Of a DNA stretch of 53,998 nucleotides, positions 38,289-51,566 are shown piece by piece. The DNA is from Vezdaea acicularis (lineage: Eukaryota). Each line of letters starts with the position of its first letter. Position 1 is the first letter of the stretch. The notes below the pieces were generated by a model. It did not search any database. It had not been told where the DNA came from and worked only from the letters and a program-made list of their open reading frames with translations. The stretch is from the NCBI GenBank assembly GCA_026025075.1, contig JAPEUI010000052.1, forward strand, positions 62,001-115,998, written 5' to 3'. The position numbers and the translations under genes are program-made.

Positions 38289-39316
38289 GAGGACGTCTTA
38301 CTTCCCGACCTTTTCTGTAGTGGCCGAGCTGGTTGTGGTACTACAGCTCACAGCGCGTGATACTCTTTAGCGCAGGCTTAGGAGGACGGTGAGCGCCGCA
38401 GGCACGATCGGACATAGCACTTATACGACAACATGAATTAAGACACAATTACGAGAGAAGGAGCTTGACCTGGCAGCCGATCTGATAGACTCACGGCGTT
38501 ATACAAGCCTCGAGATTGATAGCTGTGAGAAGTTGTTGCGTTAGGCTGAGTTCACGTCGACCGGCAGGCGCAAAGCCATCCCCCCCTGCGGCGCGCAGGG
38601 GGAGCCGAGCCAACGCAGTGCCTTGGATCTGGCAGACAGGGCTCCCGCACTGCCGCGTTTTAACCTTCTCGCCACCAGATAATCTCCGTCCGACTCCACC
38701 TTATGAACTAAACAACTTTCATTGCTCTGCAGTTCTACAATTCTACGCCGCGCACGGAACAAGTGTTCAGTGCTCGGGACGCCTCCACTTACGCACCCCA
38801 GGCATCCTGCTGAGGATCGCGTTCGATTCCAGGGTGTGGGGAGGACCTGATCAACGACCCTCACTGTTGGAAATTTTTAAAAAAAGCATCAAAGTCGCCG
38901 TGCTGATGTTGCGCCAAAAGTGTCAAAGGCTCCGTGGCTTACCAGGCTTTACGTGTGGATCTTCGAAGCTTCATTTTCTTTCTCTCTTCTAGGCCAATAG
39001 TCAATCGTTGCAACCTCCTGACACGTTGCGGTTCTGCATTGTGCAGTAAAATTGGCCTCAGCTTCGACGGCCTTTTCAACCAGCCACCTAGTTGAGGATT
39101 GGCTGTAAATGCGTTGTATGACGGCCGGCTGTATCTAATTGAACCTTAATCCATTCTCTGCATACTCTTTCCCTGGCTCATCGATGGCTTTCATGATGGC
39201 GTTCATTTCCGCGTCTAAAGCGGACGTTCAAGCCTTGTACATATCATGCGATGCTCTATCCTCTCTGGATAGCTTTCGGACTTTCGATCTTAGGTTCAGA
39301 TAGGTGCAAATACAGC

Positions 39317-40528
39317 TCATACGAGTTTTCGCCCTGTATTCCCAAATCCTCGGCCTACAACACTTACCACCACGTTGTCTTCTTGCACCCCATTCGCGTC
39401 ACGTAACCCCCAGCCGCTGCAGCCAAAACGTTTGAGATCCCTTGCCAGGCCTACCATCTCTTCTCTCCCAAGCACATTTCTGCCAAGCTGGACGCGACTA
39501 ACGTCTTCCGAACCCATCGCCATCAAGGTCAATACGGTTGCAGCGCCAATTCGGGATACACTGCCACCATCAGATATGCATTCCAGCAGCTGATGGGCGC
39601 ATTGTCTCCCTACATCTTCGGGTGGCTGGCCTCCTGAAGGCGGACATGCAACATCGGCGGACCAAAGTGACCCTGTGGATGATTCGGCGACTAACGACAG
39701 ACCGAAACAGATACCGATCTTCCTTTTCACACCCTGGTTTACCTTATCTAGCTGACTGTAGAATGGGGCAGAAGACACGTCGGAAAAGATGTACGTGTCA
39801 GCAATAATTGGATTGAGGATGCTCCTTGCAGCATCAATCATTCGAGCGTTATTCGATGCGGAAACGCCTATGCAATACGCAACACCACGAACTCGCTTTA
39901 TTCTGCCTGAATTTAGTAGATGTATCGTTTTTGGTAGTCGGACCTGATGTCCAAACATGAATTGGACCTCCCCAGCGCCTCCTCTCCCGTCACTCCCAGG
40001 CCCCGAACGCCGAAGTATTCGGAGCTCAATATTGTTTGTGATAGCGAATTGTTTGTAAAGAGGTAATATGGCTGTCCGAACAGTGTCCACTGATATGTCT
40101 CCTGTCGCAGTAGCAGATGTTATTACGCCGGGGCCAGTGAACTTGACGTTGATCGGAAATTTAGAAAATGGAGCCAGCAGTGACAGTGGAATGAGGAAAA
40201 AGCTCACGCCACGGTTGCAGCCGGCAGCAAGCTCGTGGTGGATGACGCCTCCGCTGGCGCTTGTTCCGGATACACTTCCAGTAATCAATCCAGGTCGATA
40301 GATCAAAGCTGTACCCGTATATGAGATTTCAATGACGGAACCATTCGTTACAGCTTCGAGTAATCGAAGGAAGGAGATCTCGTGGCTGGCAAGCCCTGGA
40401 TTTGTGGGAGAGGCGGAGCGTATTTGGGATATGTGCACAGATCGTCCGGTCAGAGTTGCCAGAACGAGTCTCGATATCAGCGCCTTATGAGTCGTGAACC
40501 GCAGGGGCGGGGGGTAATTTATAGACAT
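39317..40528 (-). CDS. RCL1: RNA 3'-terminal phosphate cyclase-like protein Rcl1
   Basis: Intronless ORF. Motifs RLVLATLTGRSVHISQIRS..PGLASHEISFLRLLEAVTNGS.IEISYTGT..YRPGLI and GRIKRVRGVAY, ending GRGFGNTGRKLV. Confidence 0.95.
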   Translation of the reverse strand: MSINYPPPLRFTTHKALISRLVLATLTGRSVHISQIRSASPTNPGLASHEISFLRLLEAVTNGSVIEISYTGTALIYRPGLITGSVSGTSASGGVIHHELAAGCNRGVSFFLIPLSLLAPFSKFPINVKFTGPGVITSATATGDISVDTVRTAILPLYKQFAITNNIELRILRRSGPGSDGRGGAGEVQFMFGHQVRLPKTIHLLNSGRIKRVRGVAYCIGVSASNNARMIDAARSILNPIIADTYIFSDVSSAPFYSQLDKVNQGVKRKIGICFGLSLVAESSTGSLWSADVACPPSGGQPPEDVGRQCAHQLLECISDGGSVSRIGAATVLTLMAMGSEDVSRVQLGRNVLGREEMVGLARDLKRFGCSGWGLRDANGVQEDNVVVSVVGRGFGNTGRKLV

Positions 40529-41165
40529 TTCAAATATGCTCTGCTTGCCATAATCAAGCCGAGTGTATCATAGCAAGAAAGCAACAACGCCTCGAAATTC
40601 TAAGCTAGACTCGGAGATTTCCGTATCACGTGTCGATCCCGTCCCAGCGCCCCGCGCAAGCCTATTTTGGCTTTCCATATTGCAGTTGCTTGTTCTCTTT
40701 CAGCAGCACACATTCCATGTCAGAGTACTCTATTGGAGCAATTCCTCACCAAGCGAAAAACACGCGGTCAGATCATCGCTATCACCTTTCATTCAAGTCT
40801 CTATCTTTGGCTTGTGATCCAAAGAGTTAACTTCAGAAACGGGTCAGGTCACGTTCTGTAAAAGCTTACCCGTCAAGCGAGGAACTGAGTCGCCCGAAAT
40901 CTACATTTGTTACTCTACAGTAGTCAGGTCTCGCCATTGTGGTCGGACTTTAACACAACGCTCGCCATCCTTCCAATTCCATTAACCCCAACAACATTTA
41001 TCTGGAGGTCGCGTCAACTGAAAGTTTTCTGTCATCTCTGACTTCTGCCCAATTGCCCTGCGCTAGCAGCCCTCGCGTCGGACATTTACGATCGCAACGC
41101 GTCACCATTACCTCGCGACACCCACAACACCTTCTGGTCATTCATTGCCCTATCGCCAATTCATC

Positions 41166-43393
41166 ATGTCAAATCACGAAGACGCCGATGCCACTCTACC
41201 AAACGTCGCACCTGCTAAGCCAGGCTCTACGGACGTGACCTCACCCAATCCAGCTAAGAATGAATCTTCTGAATCGAAAGAGGCGGTCCTGGCGAAGGAA
41301 ACAAATCCTACCTTAAAGGGTATCTCTTTCCTTTCCCGCTTTGAGGCAACGAGGATTTGCTCACTCCATAATCTGAATGTTGGCTAATGTCAAACGGACA
41401 TAAAGACTCCCCGCAGCCAGTTGAAGCTGACTCTAGGGGGGTCTTAGAACCTTCAGGCGTAGCACAACCCAGTTCGGATCCTCCTCCAGAGATGAAAAGT
41501 GAAGATGCCGAGACAAAACCTGATGCCGATTCTAATGAAGCTCCAGCACAATCATTTGCACGGGGCACTGTTACGGCGACCAACGGAACTCCAGCGAGCG
41601 CGAAAAAGGGCAAGCGCAAGTCTGTATCTGGAGTCCCAGAGCATAAGACTAAGAAGCTGCAAAAGAAAAAGTCCCAAGTAGGTCTCTCACATATTGATGC
41701 GCAACCTGGCGACTACTTCCTCGTCAAAATAAAGGGATATCCTCCCTGGCCAGCTGTCGTTGCCGACGACGTGATGCTTCCTGGTGCACTGTTGTCGAGT
41801 CGTCCAATCACCGCCAAGCGCCCTGATGGAAGCTGGAATGAACCATACAGAGACGGCGGTAAGAAGGTTGCTGAGCGTAGTTTCCCTGTCATGTATATGG
41901 GAACAAACGAATTGTGAGTGTGCACCCCTCGTTCCACGTACTTGGTCAGACTTTAACATTCCGCTTTCAACTTTATCGGAGTATACCATTAACAGAAATA
42001 ATTTCAGTTCATGGACGACCAACACGGACCTCGTCGATTATGACTTTACTAGCAACGAGCCACCAAAGGCCAAGGCTAAAGGCCTCCTTGAGGCGTACAG
42101 ATTTGCTGCAGAAAATTTCGACCTCAAGCACTGGAAAGATATCCTTGTGGAGCACCAGCAAGCACTGAATGCTGACAAAGAGCGCAAGGCGTCAAAGAAA
42201 TCAACCCCTAAGGGAAAGAGAAAAAGCTCGGAGCTCGTGGGGGATGATGATGAGGAGGATCTAGAGATGCCTGATGCGGCAGATGGGATGGAATTCGACG
42301 GCGAAGAAGCTGGAGTTGATACAAAAAGTAAATCGAAGAAGCGGAAAAAGGCTGTTGATAGCGATGGCGAGGCAGGAAAGGTATGTGACCGCGCTACATC
42401 GTGCGAGGAATTTCGAAACAGGGCAAATGTCTAACATTATTTCGAAGGCTCCGAAGCGAGTGGACTCTGGCAAGAAAGGCACTAAGCTTAAGCTCTCAAA
42501 GCCAAAAACCCCTAATGGAACTCCTGTGCCCAAATCAGCATCTAAAGCCAAAAGTGCCTCTGCTTCAAAAACCGCGAAGCCTAAGGGCTCTGTCAAGAAG
42601 TCGGCAGTAAAGGTTAAAGACAGCAGTGACGAAGACGCAGTTGAGGGGAATACGAAGTCAGAGGAGAAACCCATGACTGTTGCGGAGCTACAAGCCAAGA
42701 AAGAGAAGGAGATTCTGTGGCTCAGGTATAGCTTTACGAACATTCCTTTCGAATCCTATCCTAATTACCCAACAGGCACAAGCTACAGCGAGGATTCTTG
42801 ACAAGAGACCAGATGCCGAAGGAAGATGTGAGTTCCCGTGATTTGTCGTATTCATCTTTACAATACAAATCTAATTTGTTTCAATTTCCAAGGAGATGAA
42901 AATCATGTCTGATTACATCAGCCGGCTTGAAACATACTCTGATCTTGAGGTTAGCATAATTCGTGCTACAAAGATCAACAAGGTACTTAAGGCAATCATC
43001 AAACTCCCATCAATTCCACGAGACGAGGAGTTCAACTTCAAGACTCGATCCCACGACTTACTGGCGAAGTGGAATACCCTTCTAGCCAATGAACCGGAGG
43101 CATCTGCGGGCCTTGCTATTAGTGTGGACAAAGCTATCGTGAACGGAGTCGGGAAGCCGAGCAATGGTATTTCTACAGCAACATCTGGAGAGAAAAGGGA
43201 AAGTGGCGAAGAGGATGTATTGGAAGCGAAGCAGGAAAGTCTCGAAACAATGTTGATGAAGGATGAGATACACATCGAATCATCGGGTGGGGGCAAGATT
43301 GAGCCGACACTTGCACGCACGCCCACACACGAAGCCAAGTCTGCTGATCAGCAAGAGATGGTGGAAGCTTCTCCTGTCGAAGAAACTGCTTAA
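41166..43393 (+). CDS. PWWP-domain chromatin reader with C-terminal TFIIS-N/IBD-like domain (Pdp3-like)
   Basis: Exons 41166-41319, 41406-41913, 42008-42380, 42448-42725, 42776-42827, 42893-43393. Motifs LVKIKGYPPWPAVV, LRHKLQRGFLTRD and IIRATKINKVLKAIIKLPSIPRDEEFNFKTRS. Confidence 0.88.
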
Positions 43394-44019
43394 GCATGGC
43401 ATCATTTTGCACGCTTCTTCACTTGGTGAAAGAATTTCTCCCTTTCTCAGCGAGTTAAATGCCATAACAGGTGTCTAGCTGCTTAGCTCGTTTTGTAGCT
43501 GTACTCGAGGTGATGATTGTATTCTCCACCGCTTATCAAGCTGGCTTATAGCCCATCAGCTTTTCTGCAGCTGCGGAAGGATGGCATCGGTAGAATAGGG
43601 GTGGTGGATAGCGTTATTTGCATTGAAGATTTGTCCCCCCAAGGGGAAGGACAGGGCTACAGCTGGCCATGCGTTCCCAAATTACGAATGTACACCTTTG
43701 GCGATTGCTACAATGATGGAAATTGATTTTGTTACTCGACTATCTGGGGCTCATAGAAGGGTGAGAAGGCCTGGTCTATGTGAGAGGGGTTTGACGGAAA
43801 ACTGTAAAAATTACGCGAGGAAGCGCCTTGTATTATGTGGCATGTTTGTGTTTCGCGGTACCGATCTCCTGTCCATCTGCGCTAGGGGCAATCGCTTTGT
43901 GCAAATGAATGAAAAGCTACTTATACATGTACTAGACTCAATTGGCGCGCTGCTAAGGGACACTGCAATCTTCTCACACCTAGATCAGTATCTATGGCTG
44001 GCCGCAATCCTCACTCGTT

Positions 44020-45881
44020 TCAATCCTCAACTATTCGCTTCTTCAAGTTACTGACACTGTACAGCAAAGCCTGTAGCTGTGTTACTGTTGACTCATGGGC
44101 TTCAGAAAATTCAAAGCTTCCAACTTGGTTAATGGCAATTACATGAGGGCTGGTTCTCGTTGCATCCATCCAGATCGACTCGCCAGATTTACCTTCCAAT
44201 AGAAATTTCTGTACCAGGACATCATTTGTAAGGTCGTTCGGATTCTTCTGTTGCAGAACCAAAGTCGTAGAGCACTCCAGAATGTTATCTATCGAGACCA
44301 ATATTGCGCGGTGGTCATCAATGCAGGTGATATCGAGGGCATTCCCTTGGAGATATAACGTTTGTGCATAATGCAAATTTGACTTTGAGTCTGATCTAAA
44401 CACGAATAGAGCCGGAAGGCTAAGTTCAAGCTTTCAGCGTAGTCGAGCGAGATGGAGTTGTGATATCCTACCGTTCGCAAGCAATGATGACGAAGCCTTG
44501 CTGGCGTTCACTCGGCCTTCCCCCAGAAGGCGCCTTGTCTTCATTTTCTCGAAGTTTGAGGGGTATATCCCATATGCCGGATATCGGATTTGGGTTTTTC
44601 ACCTTCACGCCTTTGACTCTGCTAGCTTTCGTGGTACTCTCAGGAAGTGTACCATCTAGCGGTGTTAATTTGGTTGATATTGCTGCATCTGGCTCATTGG
44701 ACAAGCAGTCTGAGCCTTTAGTCTGCTCTTGCTTGCGTGTACGGGATGTTTCATGGACATTCTCAATGAAGTTACTCAGCTCTATTTTTTGAAGAAGCAT
44801 ACAATGCTCCCAGAGCCAGACATAGAATTCTGTTTCTCCCCCACCCGAGATAAGGAGCTCGGGGCGCCAGGTACAGACAGTCAATCTGCTCACAAAATCC
44901 GTATGGCCTAGACAAAAACCCTCGATTACGTGTGACTGGGGTGGCCCTCGCGAAATACGAATATGCTCATCCCGATCCGAGGTAATAATATACTGACGAG
45001 TTGGTCGTCCAGTGGATGGTTCTGCTGGCAATGTGACGAATTGCAAGTCAGTCAAAAGCGAGACGTGACCAAGAAGAAGCCTATGTTCAAATTTTGGCAC
45101 AACTTTCTGGGGAGATCTATTCCCAATTCGAAGTTGGTGCTCAAGAGCCCTCTGATTCCGGGCCGTGTGAACTGTTGAATTGTTTGCTGCTGGCATGGAC
45201 GGCCTAGGGGGAGAACCGAAAACACTGGATGAAACGACATCAGAAGCCCCAGTCGACAACCCTGGTGGGTTTCTATCTGATAAAAGAGGGATAGAATATA
45301 CATCTCCAAATTTGTCTCCGCAGATTATGTCAGACTCATCAGGGGTGACCACCAAAGCACATGGACGCTTTGGCATGCATCTGATTCGCATCTGTCAACA
45401 ATGCGTGACTCATCATGTTGCGGAACTCGCCTTACCGTTCTCGTAGCAGCTTCAGCCTCCCGTTTGACCCCAACTCAAAGGTCTTTACACATTTATCTTC
45501 ACCTGTGCCTACCACAACGTACCTCCCGCTATTGGATATAGTTAAATTGATGATTGGAGGGCCATCGGAATTCTCATCTTGAGCACCGGCCCCAGAGGGT
45601 TCGGCCGGCGTGGTACATGGTTCATTATCGGAAGCGAACTTTCGTTTCTCTCCTGGTTCTACGCTATGGCCAATTGATCTGCCTGGCTGTTCTGTTGTTG
45701 CCACACGCCGTCCATCCGAGGTCGGCTTTTCCGCATTATGCTGTGGCCAAGTGAAACAAAGGGATCCATCATGTAAATTGAAAACTTTGATTTGCGGTCC
45801 AGCCGCGGCAACCAAAAACGTATATTTTTGGTTGCCATGAGATAAAGAGCATGCCTCAAGACACTGGAAGGGGTGTCGCAT
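44020..45881 (-). CDS. TRM82: tRNA m7G46 methyltransferase WD40 subunit Trm82/WDR4
   Basis: Exons 45881-45436, 45380-44472, 44419-44020. Motifs TGEDKCV, RCMPKRP, CGDKFGDVYSIPL, LLGHVSLLTD and IITSDRDEHIRISRGPPQSHVIEGFCLGH. Confidence 0.93.
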
Positions 45882-46067
45882 TGTAAGGAGTGAGCAGGAT
45901 TGGCTTTAGCAAGGCTCGTGAACGGGTCAAAAAAGGATGCCACAATGGTTGGTAGTCGTCAGACATTTTATACAGGGTTTGGTCAGATCACGTTAATCCG
46001 AGTCCACAAGGTGGGCGCGGTATTGCCAAAAGAGCTTGCGACAGCATGCAAGTACCAAGCGAGGGCC

Positions 46068-46075
46068 AGCCCTAC
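46068..46075 (+). promoter_or_regulatory. Possible ribosomal-protein gene promoter element (AGCCCTA-type)
   Basis: AGCCCTAC about 145 nt upstream of the RPP0 ATG, resembling the GCCCTA/Homol-E-like motif of ascomycete RP promoters. Short motif with weak statistical support. Confidence 0.35.
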
Positions 46076-46215
46076 CTGACACTAATTTAGCGAGGAATTT
46101 TGAAATAGTTCGACCGTTCCAACGTCAATCTACTGCGAAATTTCCGGAGGTCATACAATTTACCTTTACATTCACGTCTTAGTCCTGAAAAATCCGATCT
46201 TCACTGCAAGAAGAT

Positions 46216-47376
46216 ATGGGGGGCAAGACCGGCAACAAAGCCGCTTACTTCGACAAGCTCAAAGCTCTGCTCGAAGAGTTTAAGAGCATTTTCATTGTCA
46301 CGGTAGACAATGTAAGCTCCCAGCAAATGCACGAGATACGTGCAAGTCTCCGCGGAGATGGGGTCGTTTTAATGGGCAAGAATACGATGGTGAGTAGGCT
46401 CCATGCTTCGTTCAAGATTCTTTTCTGGGCTGATCAATTTCGTTATTCAGGTCCGCCGTGCGATCAAGGGCTTCATTGGTGATAATCCCGAGTATGAGCG
46501 CCTCTTACCTCATGTCAAAGGTAATGTCGGTTTTTCACTGAACTCAGTGAATTCTTGCTTACTTAACGTCAGGCAACGTCGGATTCGTCTTCACGAACGC
46601 TGATCTCAAGGATACCCGAGAGAAGATTCTTTCCAATAAAGTTGCCGCGCCAGCGAGAGCTGGAGCCGTAGCTCCTCTTGACGTTAGTATCAATGAGACT
46701 ATAATCAGATAACTATCTAATGATAAGCAGGTCTATGTCCCAGCTGGCAACACTGGTATGGAACCTGGAAAAACCTCATTCTTCCAAGCCCTTGGAGTCC
46801 CTACAAAAATTGCTCGTGGAACAATCGAAATTACGACGGATTTGAAGCTTGTTGAAGCCGGTAACAAGGTTGGAGCATCCGAAGCAACGCTTCTTAACAT
46901 GCTTAACATCTCGCCTTTCACATATGGGATGGGCATCTCACAAGTTTATGACGACGGTCAGTGTTTTGGTCCAGACGTTCTAGACATAGAAGAAAAACAG
47001 CTTCTCGACGCTTTGGCATCTGCCATCAAGACTATCGCATGCGTCTCGTTAGCTACCAACTACCCAACCCTTCCCTCTGTTATCCATTCTGTGGTTAATG
47101 GCTACAAAAAGATCCTCGCCGTTGCGATTGAGACAGAGTATAGCTGGCCTGAAATAGAAGATCTCAAGGACCGTATTGCGAACCCGGATGCATATGCTGG
47201 TTCTGGTCCAGCTGCTGCAACAGCGGATGAACAGGGTAATACTGAAGCTAAAGAAGAGGAGAAGAAGGAAGAGGAGGATGAGGAGAGTGAAGAAGGTTCG
47301 ACATCCAATGAAAACCATCTTATTTTTTGATAAGCTAACTGTAAGCACAGATATGGGCTTTGGACTGTTTGATTAG
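46216..47376 (+). CDS. RPP0: 60S acidic ribosomal protein P0 (uL10)
   Basis: Exons 46216-46389, 46451-46520, 46573-46682, 46731-47295, 47351-47376. Motifs [24 protein letters not shown] and [22 protein letters not shown], with the C-terminal [13 protein letters not shown]. Confidence 0.98.
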
Positions 47377-48188
47377 GGTGTCTTAGCTTCGCAAGACTAC
47401 GTACACAGTCCCGGCAGGTTGCCCCGATTATCATGCTCCTGAAACGATAGGAAAACACAGGGTTAAGCTAGACTTGCGCTCCTCTCGAGGTAAGGGTAGT
47501 AACTTAATAAACCAAATATTCCGTGTCAAGAAGCTCTCTGCCTGTCCATGGCATGTGAGATTGTTGCTTTCGCTGTGAAATAAGGATTCAATCTACCGTC
47601 ATACATACTAGTAAGTTTTCCCCAGTCTGTCTTAGCGATCCGGCTCTCTTTTCCAAGTCCGCAGAAGATTAAATATTTTTAACCCTGACTCACCTTATGG
47701 AGAAGCACAAAAGCAACAAAACTCTAATTTTTTCATGATGCACTCCCTTTTGAGCACCAAAATATACAAATATGGGGGTAACTCTCGCTAATGTCTGTTT
47801 GCCTTCCAGATCATGTACAATAACGGCTCAGTCCATAATGACGGGAGTAGGCGCCTTATGATAGAATTTTAGCCATAGCTTAAGCTAGCGCCTCCCTAGT
47901 ACATCAACTATCTTACGTCAAAGATAGACATTTGCGCAAGCCCCGGCCAGCTGCTCCCTTTCTCCCTTCTCCTACGCTTATGTCTCGTGCCAGTGGCATA
48001 TTTTCTTGCATCCTTTCGAAGATAGCTATAGATAAGTTACGACTGTCTAAGCAAAGCTATGCAGATTCTCAAGTGCTAGAAATGGCTATTGACATGAGCG
48101 TCCACCCACGAGAGCCTAAAATGCCACCACCAAATGGTCACAAGCCACCAGCTATCATATGAGCTAATTTTAACCCTTCCTTAAACAA

Positions 48189-49355
48189 CTACTTTCCCGC
48201 TGAAGCAATAGCTGCTGTTAAGTTGAGCCCTATCTGTTGCGGATTGGCTTTCAAAGCTTCCTCGTAGTAAGTCAGATGCTGGCCATTGTAGATACAGTCG
48301 CTCCCAACTATATCGACAGGTACTAAGCCACTTGGAAAGGCACCCAGTTTTGAGAGCACAACTGATGTATTAGTAGTCGCGCGCATGTCGAGAGTATTGT
48401 TACCGGGCTTTAGCGTCAAATCAGGAATGAGAGCAGTGCCGATAGGCGTTCCCGTAATAGAAAGGCGCAAGGTCACATTACCCTAGTCAAAGAATTAGAA
48501 CCAGTCTTGTGAATCGGTCGAGATTTTTACCAGATCAAGGGTCATGACCGATGTGTTTGGAACGTACACGATCCCAACCAAATTCGAGCCATCTGGATTT
48601 GGAGTGAGACTGATCTTGAAGGTCGTGATATTGAATCCTTTCAGTCCATTTAGACCTACTCCGTAGTCAGTCATTGGCAACAGATAGGAGCTCGGCTAAT
48701 GACGGACCTTTCATCTTCGGGAACTCATTGTATGTAACAGTAGTTTTGGGGAGGCCGCTTTGGTGTAGACCAGTCCGGCCGTTGATGCCAAAGACAAAGT
48801 CTTCACTGCTCAATGCTAACTTAGCAAAGTCTGTGAACTGATCCACATCTACAAGCTGCAAACTTTGTTTGAAGTCGACTGGCGTCGCTCCAGTAGAGTG
48901 CACGGATGGAATATTGACGAAAGCGAATGGCTTGATATTAGGCTCTGTTCCCTGGAGGAAGAGCGATGCATTGAAAGCGTCAAGCTGTGGGTTGTACGAA
49001 CTATTGCTATGCAGCGTGCTAACTTGTTGGAGGACCACGGAATTACTTGTCGGACTTGTCAGGCTTAGGGCGGTGATCTCCAACTCCGAGTTGTTGACAT
49101 CTTTCTGCGCCTTATGTGGGTAGCCGACATAGATACTATCTAGCCGTTAGTGAAGCGAGGTCTATAGACCTAACAGAGGAATGGAACAAACATAGGTAGC
49201 ACGATTATAAGAGCAAGAAGTACGAAGATAACAAAGTAAATCCACCAGAATCTCTTGAGATGCCCCACGGATCTGTCTTTTGGCCGAGGTAAAGGAGTAC
49301 CACTTTCTATCGATTCTATTTTTTCTGTCATCGAGGATTCCTCGCCTTTCCCCAT
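48189..49355 (-). CDS. Single-pass membrane protein, DUF3712-like
   Basis: Exons 49355-49192, 49135-48708, 48655-48531, 48482-48189. Motifs HLKRFWWIY followed by a TM helix, YVGYPHKAQKDVNNS, KGLNGLKGFNIT, PNTSVMTLDLGNVT and YNGQHLTYYEEAL. Confidence 0.85.
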
Positions 49356-51143
49356 GTTGGACTTCGTGGTGAAGGATATAGGCAATTGGAGCGCGCCGCG
49401 TCTCTTGATTGAACACTTCTCAACTCCGAAAGAGAAAGATTGAGGAGGATGTAAGAGGGGAAGGCAACTGTTACAAAAGCAAGGTAGTCAGAAAAAAATT
49501 TAACGACAAGAAAGAGCGCCTATGTCGTTTCAAGGTTGCCTCAAAACACAGCGTTTTGCTTCAATTAGATTGGCCTCACAATATCGAATGAGAGAATGAG
49601 GTAGGAAGCGCCCTGCTTATCAACCTCACGAGGCCGATCTTTCCCCTCAGACCTCCAGGGTCTCATCCCCGCAACGACAATACATGCATCCTTGCGCTCG
49701 CGAAGGCAAAACGGTACCGTCCCGAAAAGGCGCTTCTTCCGAAGCCAGTCGCGAGTCCCATATACTACCTCAAGGGATAGCTGCGGAGCTACCGTGGAGG
49801 GTCTCACACCATGGCCTGGCAAACTTCGAATGGCTTCATCAATCGGTCCATGTCAGCCGAGGTACGCCGGATGCACGCATCACCAACACGAGTTTGATGG
49901 GCGTGACCAACATTAAAGGAAGGTGGCGATCATCTCGGGGCTCGCTAAAGCCGGAATTAGACCCATTTGTGGACAGGCGGACCGACGCCATCTCGCTTCC
50001 TCGTACCATTCACGACGAGCTCCTGCACCCCGCACCCCCAGATTTGACACCCGCCTTAGACCGCGATGGTGCCACAGTCGTGAACCTCGCAATGTCACCT
50101 CTGAATATTTAGCGAATGAAGATGGCTACGCTTTCCAAGCATTGGTACAGTACATCGTCGCCAACCCAACAAGGGATGAGGGGCGGAATCTCTCAGTTCA
50201 TCTAATTTTGCTTTCGAAGTTACCACGAATTGCGCTCAATTCGTGGATTCGAATGCACTGAATAGGGGCGGCAGCCGGCATCACGTGACTCGGTCTATGG
50301 GAGTATTTGTTGCTGTCCTCGTACAAGCAAGTAAGTCGTCATTAGGATACGGAGAGCAGGTAGTGTACAGTCGGTTAAAAAAAGTATCGGAACGCCCTAA
50401 AATTGCGTAAGTCGTTAGCGATTTGTGGGGTAGCGGGGATACTCGACCGCTTTGATTGAAGCTTTAGATAGTTGTAAAAACATTCAATTAAAATGATAGT
50501 GCATCGGCATATGACCCCTTGGAAGGCCTTGGCTGTTTTGGCACTCGTGAAGCACAAAATCCCTTATAAAACTATTGTGAGAAGTAAACATGTCTTGCTG
50601 GGCCAAATTTTGAGAGCAGTAGCTCGAGCCAAGGAGAACCCTGACAATCCTACAGTCCGCCGGCCTCAGGGCGGTTGGCCCAAGTGCTTTTCAATAAGAG
50701 ACAGACACAGGCTAGTCAGGATAGCTGTTTAGGATAGGCATATCTCAATAGTAAAATTATGCCGCGTTTTTTACTGCAGTGCACCCACAGTCAGAGCGGC
50801 TCTAGATGAATTTGGATATTACCGCAGGATTGCTAAATACAAACTATTCTTAAATCAAAGGCATAAAAATGCACGTCTAGCATTTGTTAAGGCATATGAA
50901 CATTGGACATCTAAAGATTGAGTTAAAGTACTCTTTAGTGATGAATGCAATATAGAACTGGGGTTAGACAGCAGAGTTATATAGATGTAGCGTAGATCAG
51001 AAGAAGAATATCCTGCTGAATGTTTAACACTAACATTTGAAAGTGACAGAACATCTATTGATATCTGAGCTTATATAAGAGGTGAAGAATTAGAATCTAT
51101 GATTATGCTGAATAGGAGGATAAATGAAGAAAAATATATGCAA

Positions 51144-51408
51144 TGTGAGGCATAGGCGTACGAGCAGGAAGCAGACTAAGCCGTATCCGGCGCAGCGCAA
51201 GCATCACTCAGGGGAGTCACCAAAGGTATCAAGAAGTATAGAACATAGTAGCAGTCAATGAATACGTCTATGTGGAGTGTGTATTGAATGCTGGGGAGCC
51301 ATGCCTCAGCGCTTCCCCGCATTCTTAGCTACTACGGTGCGTCACGTGACTCAAGCCTAGTGCAGGCATAGCGCAGGCTGCGATCACGGGATGGGTACGT
51401 TCGTGACA
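51144..51408. mobile_element. Solo LTR A (265 bp)
   Basis: TGTGAGG...CGTGACA termini flanked by a 5-bp TSD TGCAA (51139-51143 and 51409-51413). Removing it restores the transposase frame KYMQ|NVLK. Confidence 0.9.
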
Positions 51409-51566
51409 TGCAAAATGTTTTGAAAACTGCAGTATTGCCTAAATTGCCCCAACTTACACAAGAACACCAGAAATATTATTATATACATGATGGAGCATTA
51501 TGCCATAAGTTAAAACTTGTAAAAAATTAGCTTCAAAAGAATAAAATATCAATGTTAAACTAGCCA

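Noticed and set aside
47627..47693. Minus-strand AAG|GTGAGT...GCTAAG.CAG intron-like sequence between RPP0 and the DUF3712-like gene
   Set aside because: No flanking ORF or RNA structure; could be a UTR intron but cannot be supported from sequence alone.
49565..50261. ORFs of 61-142 aa just before the transposon nest
   Set aside because: No recognisable motifs; probably promoter DNA of the DUF3712-like gene.
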